63,483 nt of DNA from Octopus bimaculoides (Eukaryota). How positions within the stretch are numbered: position 1 is the stretch's first letter; each line of letters opens with the position of its first letter. The notes beneath the pieces were generated by a model, which was not told the DNA's origin, searched no databases, and worked only from the letters and a program-made list of their open reading frames with translations. The position numbers and the translations under genes were made by a program. This document shows positions 1 to 11,636 of the stretch, in pieces. The stretch spans positions 17,794,475 to 17,857,957 of the forward strand of contig NC_068995.1 of assembly GCF_001194135.2 (NCBI RefSeq), written 5' to 3'.

Positions 1-699
1 ATATATATATACACACATATATATATATATATATAGTAGCTTGCTTCTCAGTTTAAAGTATATCTGTATTTGTTTGTGTATCATGTCTGTAGGTTTGTAT
101 CTAACGAACATATATCATTCACATAGATATGCAGAAGATTATTCTTGTAGGAAAAAATAGGACAAAAACAGACACAGAAACAAACAAGATGTGTTAGCAG
201 ACAAAATAACCAGCATAGTAAAGAAGTCGTTAAATAGCCAACTAAGTTGACAGCGCTATTTTTTCCCTTCTTTTTTATGTTAGTTGCAAAGGGATGTCCA
301 TATGTTAAAACACCAGGCAAAAGAAACATGTTTGTCTGGAAACAATTTCACTTATTCTCTAAGTACTGTTAGTCTTAAGAACTGTTGACAGAAACTGCCA
401 CCGATTAGATATATGATTTCCTTCATGCCCGACGGCTGTTAGAAAACATATAGCAAGCCTGAGGTTGTGTGAAGAATATTTTATCACTTTTCTTTTATAC
501 TCGTTTCAAATCAGCTTTATATTCACAAATAACATAAGTACATCCAAAAAGAAAAGAAAATCATTTCATAAAGACAGCCGTCAGAATATTGCTTAACACA
601 TATTGCTATGTAATACTTCATACAAGTTTTCCGATAACTAGATACATAGATAGATTACTTACTGCATACATCGATATTCAAGGAAGCACAAAATGATTG

Positions 700-911
700 A
701 CACACACGCACACACACACACACATATACATATTTTACACACATACATACACAAACACACTCTATCGGTCTCTCAACAGATATATTGTATATTGTGAACA
801 AACACCTCCGCTATACATACATACATACATACTTACATACATACATGCATACATACATACATACATAATACATACACACATATATTTGTATATACATATA
901 CATATATATAT
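700..911. repeat. Compound (CA)n/(TACA)n/(TA)n microsatellite running into a gap
   Basis: Seen directly in the sequence. Confidence 0.95.
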
Positions 912-2453
912 NNNNNNNNNNNNNNNNNNNNNNNNNNNNNNNNNNNNNNNNNNNNNNNNNNNNNNNNNNNNNNNNNNNNNNNNNNNNNNNNNNNNNNNNN
1001 NNNNNNNNNNNNNNNNNNNNNNNNNNNNNNNNNNNNNNNNNNNNNNNNNNNNNNNNNNNNNNNNNNNNNNNNNNNNNNNNNNNNNNNNNNNNNNNNNNNN
1101 NNNNNNNNNNNNNNNNNNNNNNNNNNNNNNNNNNNNNNNNNNNNNNNNNNNNNNNNNNNNNNNNNNNNNNNNNNNNNNNNNNNNNNATATATATATATAT
1201 ATATATATACGTAAGTGTATACACTCGTATACATTGTACTAAGTCACATTATATACTGGAAAGTGAAATTTGTGACTGAATAAAAGATCGAACAGTGACT
1301 GAATAATGGACTCAATACATGAGTAGAGGTTAGGTAGTGAAATGGTCAAGCCATGTAATGAAGGCTACGAAACAATGCACTGCGTATCACATGGTACCAT
1401 ACTACATTCTCTATTTTTCATGTCATCATTTTCCCATCAACATTTCGGCAGTCCCAAACAAAATATAAAGAACGTCACTCATGTTGAAAAGAGGATGTAC
1501 ATACGCACATCCCTGAGACACATGTATATAAATTATTATATACAAAGACAAATCGAGTTATAAGAAACAAAATTATTCAATTTTATTGAATATTGTATCT
1601 TATATTTTGAGTTTTCGAAGTCATCATTTCATCTTCCGGAATAGGAAATTGGATATTTGGTTTTGCGAGATGGCTTCTTTGCCCAGTTGTGTGTTCTGTG
1701 CATGCTTGAATATTGATTCGATAATTTTCAGATGTAGGACAGCATTGCTACAATAGGTAATCAGTTTTCTGTAACTCGCTTCGGTCATTAAGTATGTGGT
1801 TAAATAATAACCAGACATGTGTATTACTTCTATATTTAGTTGCCAAATATTTGCTCAATGGTGTGAACGGAGAACTTTCTTTTGGGGTGGAATGTTATTT
1901 TCACAGGTGTATTTTGCCGGGAGAAAAATCAACATAGACATACGTTTGTCTGATGAGACTTCCTATGCAACATTCATTGCATTTTTATTACACGTGATTT
2001 TCTATATCATGTTGGGCGGTAAAAATACTTCACTGCTAATCATTTCAGTATGAAAATGTGCATCCCGTGCAGTTGCGTACTAGTCGGCTCGGTTGCCAAG
2101 AAACTAATCGTGGAGTGTCCGCAATGTGCCAGCGTTATATTCAATTGCACCGTATGGATTACATAACGGATCGCAGCAGTTATTTTCTCACTAAGGTGTG
2201 GCAGTTTCAAAACTCACAATGTTTTCCTCGGAACTGTATTTTTCATAGGCACTGTGACGATATCCTGATGATTCGTGAAAGGGTCTGAATAGCTAATCTC
2301 CGAAACGTCGCAACCTGTTCAACCGGACTATAATGACCTTTGCAAAATAAAGCTTATTATTCATTTCCAAGTCACTTCCATGTCCTCCTCTCAAAGTCTT
2401 TATCCTCAAGAACGTTGGCCTTCTCTCTAGAAGTCCCTTTTTGCTTATACTGC

Positions 2454-2480
<27 letters not shown>

Positions 2481-2487
<7 letters not shown>

Positions 2488-2790
2488 TTAGGGACAAAAT
2501 CCAAAATTACAGGTAAAAACTTAATTAAAATCAATTTATAAAAAATTAAAATTAAATTGAGCTTTACAGATTAGAATATATAAAAAAAATATATAGTTTT
2601 AGGGAAAAGAACCAAGTTTCAAAAACTCATCGATGAAAATCCACTATCACATATAGAAAAATTAATAATTAAAAGCACAATAAATGAGTATAATATAAAA
2701 TAAAGTAAATATCATAAGATAAAGATAATAAAATGACTACACGTGTTTCATAACTAATTTTCAAATAGAAAGGAAATTTAAATCGATTAA
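2481..2790 (-). mobile_element. Probable Penelope-like element terminal repeat (pLTR) segment, cut by a gap
   Basis: AT-rich segment abutting (TA)n at 2456-2480. It carries the 3' half of a hammerhead-like motif on the minus strand. The PLE assignment is inferred. Confidence 0.4.
2734..2757 (-). ncRNA. 3' half of a minimal type I hammerhead ribozyme-like motif
   Basis: Minus strand reads GAAAC-ACGTGT-A-GTCA: GAAA core, palindromic stem III (ACACGTGT) and GUA cleavage triplet. The CUGANGA half is not visible and would lie in gap 2791-2935. Confidence 0.4.
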
Positions 2791-3227
2791 NNNNNNNNNN
2801 NNNNNNNNNNNNNNNNNNNNNNNNNNNNNNNNNNNNNNNNNNNNNNNNNNNNNNNNNNNNNNNNNNNNNNNNNNNNNNNNNNNNNNNNNNNNNNNNNNNN
2901 NNNNNNNNNNNNNNNNNNNNNNNNNNNNNNNNNNNNCTTCCGATCTCATACCTATTTTTATATACATACGTATATACATACATATGTATATATATACACG
3001 TATATATATACATGCATACATACACACACACACACATATTGAGAGAGTAATAAAGGCAGCTATATCCGATATAAAACCAAAAATTACAAAAAAACGAAAT
3101 TGTCAGCAGTTGTAACTGAGAGTGCACTATAGGTGCTACCCAGCACCCACACGCACTCACGCATACACACATATAAATATAGATATATAAAAGTGTGTAT
3201 GCGTATATATATATGGGTGCGTGTGTG

Positions 3228-3426
3228 TGTGTCTGTGATTGTCCCCTCTCTATTATCTGACAACCGGTGTTGGTGTGTTTATGTCACCGTAAATTAGCGG
3301 TGAAGCAAAAACGACTGAGAAAATGAGTACAAGACTTACGTAGAATAACTCATGGGGTCGATTCGTTCGACTAAAGGCAGTACTCCAGCATGACCGCAGT
3401 CAAATGACTGAAACAAGTAGAGGAAT
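3228..3426 (+). mobile_element. tRNA-derived SINE family 1, 3' half
   Basis: Homologous to 11050-11239 and 38780-38995 (GACAACCG.TG.TGGTGTGTTTATGTC.CCGTAA.TTAGCGG ... CTCCAGCATG.CC.CAGTCAAA.GACTGAAACAAGTA). Confidence 0.85.
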
Positions 3427-3764
3427 ATATGTACATATATATATATATATATNNNNNNNNNNTATACATATATTAATAGATTAAGGTTAGCATACTGCAT
3501 TTAACATCAACTTTCTGAATTTTATTTCCAATATTCTTTAATTATTATCCCTAAATTCGACACCCGCATGCAAACCCAACTACATCTGACCACTCTTTAA
3601 TTACAATATTACCTAACTCTCCCACTCACATTCCAAATTTCCACCTCGACTACCATCTTTAATACACATTATTAACCCCCTCTCTCTTCCTGAACTAACA
3701 CTCAGCTTTCCTTGTTAACTCTGCCTGTCTTAACACTCCCCGTAACCCCGCCAACCTTCATTAA

Positions 3765-4105
3765 ACTGTGGCCATGCTGAGCCAAAGTCTTCAAGAATTC
3801 GTAGTTGAATGGATCAATTCCTGTACTTATCGCATCTGCTTGTCGAACTGCTAAGTTACGGGGAAGTAAACTCGCCAAGATCTGTTGTCACGCAAAGATC
3901 AGGACAAACATATATGTAGGTATACATACACACACAAACACTACGAGCTGCTTCAGTTTCCCTCTACCAAACCCACTCGGAGGGTTTTGATCAGGCGGAG
4001 GTGATAGTAGGAGACACTTACCCAACGGACTACGCAATGGGAGTGAACCCTGAGCCCTGTTGTTTTGAAGCTTGTTTCTTACCACTCCACCAAACCTGTG
4101 CTTGC
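3765..4105 (-). mobile_element. tRNA-derived SINE family 1, diverged near-full-length copy
   Basis: The reverse complement aligns with the head, body and tail of 10893-11239 (CTACCAAACCCACTC, CTAAGTTACGGGG, TGTGGCCATGCTG). Confidence 0.8.
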
Positions 4106-7100
4106 AAACAAACCATGTTAGTATACTTAGTTTAAAATAAGTATATGATTATCTACGATTATCATCGCAGGTAGATTATAAATCCTATCTCTTGATGCTT
4201 ATAATTATAAATCAACAATTTGAAATAATTGGTAATATAATTTTAAAATTTCCCCTTTAAATAAAAGGATTACTATTGGGAATTGATCTTTCATTAAAAC
4301 TAAGACGTGAACATATCTCATCATGGACGCTAATATCATTAAATAATATAAGTTTTATTTAAGCTTTTCGTAAGTTTGAATTATTTACTTATAAAAATGA
4401 AATTTTACAATTTTCTATACATATTTTTGTGATAATTAAAACCGTATTCTTCAGCATTAAATGTTGCATATTTCTAATTGCATTCCGGTTGTGAGCGGGT
4501 GAAGTTTTCGCTTACTATATCTAGCAAGTTGAACGATCACTAAGAGAATCCCATATTTCTATGTTGTAGTGGTTTAGTTGCTCTTGAAATAATTTATCAC
4601 CGTGTCAGCCCTTGATTCGATTATCCAATGAACTTTCCCTTTTTCAGACATTAGTCTCAGATTTATTAGTAATATGATAACTATTTCTAGCAGTCGGATG
4701 AACGCTTATAGATTCTCTTATTGGTATGTTTCATAGAATGGTTTAGCTGTCTCTAGTGACTATTATTTAGGCGAAGGTTAAACTTGATCGCAGAGACATT
4801 ATGGTATTACAGTAGCAGTATTCCGTTGCTTTTTGCGGGATATCTATGATTTCGTTATATTATGCTCACTTTCTTCCGTTTTAAAGTCATGAATACTGAT
4901 TTGAGGGAAATTTGAGAACTACACACCTTTGATGCTCCCTTCATTTAAGTACTAAATGTGTTATCATTTTTCTTACAAGATAACTATGGACGTGAGTTGA
5001 AGTATATATAACAAGGAATAGAAGCTGGATCTTAATGGTAGATTGCAGTTTTATGTCCTCTTACTGTTCGACGAAGCTCTTAGAATAATGATGAGTGGAC
5101 TTGCTTATAAATATCTTATTATTGAAAACGTTTGTGTCAATTATGTAACAATTTATTGTCTTTATCATAGAATATATCACAAAACTTAAACATAAACTAT
5201 TATTCTATTAAGTAATGCTATTATATTAAAGATATTTCATACGTAAAGTAATTTATAAGAGTAAACCATTTCAAAATACAACCAGAAATCCTCAATGGAA
5301 TCCTAAATGTTGGCTATATGAAGGGTTTATAAGGTTAATCCCTACTGCAAAATCTTACTCTCAGTATGTCTGATAACTTCCTTCACTCAATTATCTTCAA
5401 TGTTCAGCAGTAATCTTGGAATATGATATGTTCTAGCTTCAAACGCTAACTAGACGCGATCAAAGAGATAAAGCAGTTTGTGATGTGAAAATATAGATTT
5501 TGTTCCATACAGAAAGAAACGTTATGTAGATAATAGGAAGATACAATTTCTAAAAATGTTTGAGATAGTTATTCGAATAAGTATTTTATATATAGGATAT
5601 TCTACAACATGAAACATTATATAAAACCATAATTTACACCGCATTAGTAATTTGTAATCTAAAAGTAAGAGACAATTTCCTGACATTTATCTAAGCGCAT
5701 CTTGGGGATAAATATTACGTGCTTTCACAAATATGTTGCTTTATCATTCCAAGAGGGCTCGAGAGAATTGCAAAGTCTTATGTTTAATTTCGAAATATAC
5801 TAAGTTAATTTTCTGAAATGTGTTGCAAAGTTTGTTTAACTGATGAGTTTTAATTTATAATTATGTGAACAGAAATTATTTTCTAAATGAATTTGGTTGA
5901 TTGTTACAAGACATATTTAGTTTAAAAAGTTAGAATTTCGTTTTATATTTGAAGTATTATATGATTTCATATATACCATCACATACTTCAAGATTGCTGT
6001 AAATAAAGAATTCGGAAGCGCTTGAGAATATTTTGGTATGAGTTTTTGTGTCATGCCCTGTACCTACTTAAACATTTCATGCGCACCAACAAGCATATCC
6101 TTAACACATATAAATATATATGAGGCTTTATCAATTCTTATTCTGAATAAAGATATAGAATTCACTTTGTTTGGCAACTAATATCTATTGTCTGTGTATC
6201 TTTGCTTTCTTGTGACTTGTCCCCACCTTTCCTCATCATTTTTTTTTTGTGGAAATATATATACTGTAGCGTTTAGAGTCGGGGACTTTAAATCTTTTCC
6301 ACATTTCAGTTTGTGTTGAGTGGTGAAGTTCATTACAATTGCCCTTTATTATAAGTTTATGGTGAATTGACAGTAGATGCTGCATAGTTCTGAAGTCACC
6401 AGCAGATTTTATATTATGAAATTTCCAGCAGTCACGTTTGCAAGTTAATATATATTACACTTGTGGTTTGTAGTAGCTTTTTAGTTGTATATGTTGGAGA
6501 TTGTTATTGATGAACTGGTTTTCAATTTTGTTGTTTCTAGATTACTAGTTATCATACATCACTTAGTACAGTGAATTTTATACTCACCTCTGCTATAGTT
6601 ATAATGGATTCGACTTATATATTGTACATCATGAGTAGTTTGTATATCTTTAATGAATATATGAATGTGTGAAGGCGCGTAGCCTAATTTTCAGGGTATT
6701 CTGGTATCTATCCTATCATGAGTTTAATTTCTTGCCTGGTGAGCATGTCGGTCCTTCACCAAGGACATACATTTGCCGTAGCTGCAGTCAATTCAGCTGA
6801 AAATGAATACCAGCTGAGTTATGAAGTACGTTTTTCTCCATGCAGTTGTCACATCTTGGATATGTCCCTGCATCATATGCTGGGAGAGTCCAGAATTGAT
6901 TTCAAGTTTGCTCCCATCAACTTAGGCGCATAACCACAATAAGCAAAAATGTGGTACGTTATGCTACTATATAGTCAAGCATGGATGACAGCCCGTTCTC
7001 AACTGCTTCATATTACATATTTCTACTACTTTATTCCTCTTTATATTTTCTATGGTTTGATATAAGAATGAGATGGAATACATGCTTTAGTTTTAGTTTT

Positions 7101-9229
7101 ATTCAGTGAATACCTTCATCTCGAGTTTCCTTTAGGGAAAAGAAATTCAAGCCTCATGAAAGTAAGAATTTCAATTTCTGAGGAATCTCTCTTTATCCAT
7201 TCCTTCGTTGCTCTAATTTCCTCTTCTATACTCGAAATGCGAGAGTAGAAAAACAGCCAGCAACTGATGTATGTATGTATGTATGTATGTATGTATGTGC
7301 GCGCCCGCGTGTATGTGTGCGAGCGTGGGTACGTGCGTGCGTGCAAACGTATATATATCTATTTAAAATGTTGCTGTAAAGGAATGCTGTTTACTATGTA
7401 AATGAATACGATTAGAAACATTTTATTTACATAGCTCTGGACACTGAATTTTAATGTGCAGAATTTTGTATTGTTTACGCATGTCAGTTATAACGAGAAT
7501 TTAGTCCACATAACCGGGGTACATCGGGTATTTATTACACTTGTACCATTTTATTCTGCTTTGTACCTAGGTAGGCCAGCACGAAATCCACACGAAATTT
7601 TGCTTAATAAAGATTAATTTTACTCTGTATTAACAACTCTCATTGGGGAAAATTCCAGGTGTTTATTGCACGTGATATTCGGAAATTTCCTATTCAAATT
7701 CCGAAAGTTCTTAATTCCAGATAGACTTTACCTCATTCCTGGATGTTTAAGAATATAAAAAGACGTGACAGTCAATTCCACATTATATAGGGTGGTAAAA
7801 TCAATATTCTAAATTGAATTTGGTGTGTGATAAGCATACATCATTCCTAAATACCAACGTTGAATTCGTCAATTTATCCCTGTTATATATTCACAGACGT
7901 CCTACTTACCCATCCTGAATTATCTTCACACATGGTTTTCTATTTGTATACGAATATGCGCGCGCATACACAAATACGCATACTCATGTGTATGCATGTG
8001 TGTGTACTTATATGTATGTATTTATGTATTTATGTATGTATGCAAATACGTAGGTATGCATATACGCTTTTACATATGGCTCTGTATAAGGTAATACTTT
8101 TCTGGATATCTTTCTTACTTTATATATGTTGAAATTTCATGTTGCTTTCTATTTTAGATTCTTTATATTAGCCCTTGTTTCCTGTTCCCTCTTTATATCC
8201 AACCAATATATTTCCGCTTTCTCTGCTTTCCATCCCACACATACACACATATGCACACACAAACCCACTACGTTTTGAAATGTCAAAGTAAGAAACATAG
8301 AATGTGTCAACACGTTATTTAAACATAGCAGATTTCGTATTTTCTGCCTGACTTTCTGAACGCATATCCGTCTGAGCTATTTCCGAACTGAATTGGATCA
8401 GGCTATAGAAGCATTAAAACATTTGAAGAATATTGATAAAGTAAGTTTTGCAATACTTCTTTTCCGACATCACCTGTCTACGGTCGGGTTAAAGGTATTT
8501 CGGCTATTGATACAAACAAAATCATCTCGGGACAGTTATGTGTAAATTTAAACTAATGTTTGCATCGATATTTATATACAATTAGAAAGTATTTCAACAG
8601 ACACCCGTTACGGAAGCATTCAACTTTATTTTCCTCTCAAATACAGATATATACCTATCAATAGATGAATAGCGAAATGTGTCTCGACATTACTGATGTG
8701 AATATTCAGAACATATATATTAATACATCATGGTATAATAATTTTAATATAACTGAAAATATATAATCTGTTAATGTGATATACAAGACACATGAAATAT
8801 TTTTAAATGTTGCACTTTACACAAGCAAATATCTAAGGAAATTCCTACCTGAATATATTTTCAATGATAACTGAATCAGACTATTTTTATATTTTATATT
8901 ATTCGCAAATTCTGAATCCTAAACATGGAATTCAAGCATGTAAATAAAAATTCTACAACCAATATTGACATAACACGGTAAGAAGGAAAAAAATGATAAA
9001 TCGTTTGTTCAAATACAATCTTTGTAAAGTCTGCTTCGACCAATGTCTTATGGGATTCTCTACTATAATTAGCACAATAATTACACTGTGTAACAACATT
9101 TTTATTTTTATTTATTTATTTATTTATTTTTTTACTTTGGTCAGTAAGTGTTATTTCTTACTTCCATCTCTCTAGAAATAAAATGAAATGGCTACTCTTC
9201 CTTTCAAGCATTGCTTTTGTGACCTGGAC

Positions 9230-9478
9230 ATTGATGTTTTGAAACTCACATATTCTCCATTACATTACAGACAGTTTCAGCACTGAGTTGCTGAAGCAAA
9301 AATATCATTATACCATATATTATGCTCAATACCACAGATTTGCTTCTCAGTTGTTTGACTTCAACCACTTGAGCATGACGTTTAGTGGCTGACAAAATGT
9401 GCATCTCTGATCATGAGCAGGAGTAGTGGGACATCATCATAGCTATGTGTTAAGTGGGATCTTTTGGGGATTCAATAA
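9230..9478. repeat. Probable interspersed repeat fragment
   Basis: Resembles a common octopus interspersed repeat from memory (ATGCTCAATACCACAGATTTGCTT.TCAGTTGTTTGAC...). It is single-copy in this window, so it cannot be confirmed internally. Confidence 0.35.
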
Positions 9479-9732
9479 GCGTAACGAAATATACTTTCAA
9501 GAATTTATTAGCCATTTTCATACTTTCCAGGAGTTTCGCATAAAAGGAAATAACACTTACTACTCAAGGACATAAAATGTGTTACACAGCGTTATTACTT
9601 ATCAAAATATCCTTTTATATAGCATTTGCATTCACTCTTTCATCCATCATTATGAGCACATCGTTCAACAATCAAATGATAAGATCGGATACTGTATACC
9701 CAAGTAAATTTGATCTAATTTTCCATGGAAAC

Positions 9733-9812
9733 CTAAGACTTATATAAAACTTATGTAAAACTCCTATCAAACTTATATGAAACTCCTAAGACTTATATAA
9801 AACTCGTATCAA
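9733..9812. repeat. Degenerate minisatellite (about 11-bp AAACTTATATA-like unit)
   Basis: Exact 20-bp direct repeat CCTAAGACTTATATAAAACT at about 9733 and 9786, with degenerate units between. Confidence 0.7.
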
Positions 9813-10090
9813 TCGTATAGCTGTTATCGTTGAATATATCAAAATTTTACCAGTATTTGTTAGTATGCTGTGACCATCATTCCATGGCTTATTCATATGT
9901 TAATGACACCTAGAAAGAGGTGCTTTTTCGACGCAGCAAATTGAAGGGTGCGTTGTCCAAGTGGAATTGATGTCATCAGACGGTATCCTACGTTTAGGTG
10001 GTGGGGGTGGGGGGAAGTGAAATCAAAAGCAAGTCAAGCAAATTTGAGGCATGTGAAAACTCGAACATATACACACTGCACACACAAACT

Positions 10091-10123
<33 letters not shown>

Positions 10124-10892
10124 ACACACACACATACACACACACACATACACACACATACACACACGCAAACATGTAAACACACGCACATACAAGTTTA
10201 AATGCGCATATAGAAAAATTATGATTAATACAAGTATAAACATTTAGTTCCTATGTACGTTTCGCCATTGTATTTATTTGGAGCTCGGCCCTTGTTTTGC
10301 CGTACATCTATATGGTCATTCCTCTGGAAGTGATTCTCCTAAAAAATACTATTATCGTTAGTTTATCTTCAAATCTTTCTTCTGGTTATATAATCCTAAT
10401 ATATTAATTTGCAACAAATTTGGTCGCGTATAACAATAAACTTGGTTTGAGTAAAACATTTTGAATTAAATTCGGTAGAAAGAGTATGTAGAAGACAGTG
10501 TTTTTATATTTGTTTACTCACTCATGACATATGAATGGAAGGGAAGGAAAGAGAGTGATAGAGAGAGAGAGAGAAAGAGAGAGATTCAGGGGGTAAAGAT
10601 TAACTCAAACTGAAGCATATTTATAAAAACACATATATAGAGAGAGATAGGCAGGTGCAGAGATATAAGAACCCATATGCTATATATANNNNNNNNNNNN
10701 NNNNNNNNNNNNNNNNNNNNNNNNNNNNNNNNNNNNNNNNNNNNNNNNNNNNNNNNNNNNNNNNNNNNNNNNNNNNNNNNNNNNNNNNNNNNNNNNNNNN
10801 NNNNNNNNNNNNNNNNNNNNNNNNNNNNNNNNNNNNNNNNNNNNNNNNNNNNNNNNNNNNNNNNNNNNNNNNNNNNNNNNNNNNNNNNNNNN

Positions 10893-11238
10893 NCTTACCA
10901 ACCACATGGTCCCGGGTTCAGTCTCACTGCGTGGCATCTTGGCCAAGTGTCTTCTACTATAGCCTCGGGCCGACCAATGCCTTGTGAGTGGATTTGGTAG
11001 ACGGAAACTGAAAGAAGCCTGTCGTATATATGTATATATATATGTATGTGTTTGTATGTCTGTGTTTGTCCCCCCAACATCGCTTGACAACCGATGCTGG
11101 TGTGTTTATGTCCCCGTAACTTAGCGGTTCGGCAAAAGAGACCGATATAATAAGTACTAGGCTTCCAAAGAATAAGTCCTGGCGGTGCTCCAGCATGGCC
11201 ACAGTCAAAAGACTGAAACAAGTAAAAGAGTAAAAGAG

Positions 11239-11239
<1 letters not shown>
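10893..11239 (+). mobile_element. tRNA-derived SINE family 1, young near-full-length copy (5' end lost in gap)
   Basis: B-box-like GGGTTCAGTCTC, conserved body, central (TA)/(TG) tract, tail ...GACTGAAACAAGTAAAAGAGTAAAAGAG. Paralogous copies are in the window. Confidence 0.9.
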
Positions 11240-11275
<36 letters not shown>

Positions 11276-11301
11276 ATATAGATGTGTGTGTGCGTGATTT
11301 T

Positions 11302-11391
11302 AGCAGCAGCAGTAGTAGTAGCATCATCATCATCATCATCATCATCATCACCATCAGTAGTAGTAGTAGTAGCAGTAGTAGCAGCAGCAGC

Positions 11392-11427
<36 letters not shown>

Positions 11428-11636
11428 TAGAAGCAGCAGTAGTCGTAGTTGCTGTTGTTGTAGTAATGGTGGTGGTGGTTGTTGTGGTGGTGGTTGTGGT
11501 GGTTGTGGTGGTAGTTGTGGTGGTAGTTGTGGTGGTTGTGGTGGTAGTTGTGGTGATAGTTGTGGTGCTAGTTGTGGTGCTAGTTGTGGTGGTAGTTGTG
11601 GTGGTAGTTGTGGTGGTTGTGGTGGTGGTCGTGGTA
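11302..11636. repeat. Compound trinucleotide microsatellite (AGC/AGT/ATC/GGT/GTT) with a 12-bp GGTGGTAGTTGT higher-order unit
   Basis: Seen directly. It explains the poly-T/V/S/G/C/P ORFs in the track. Confidence 0.95.

Noticed and set aside
2265-2312. CTGATGA ... GAAACGTC hammerhead-like pair
   Set aside because: No consistent stem I or stem II could be built between core and GAAA. At most a very decayed remnant.
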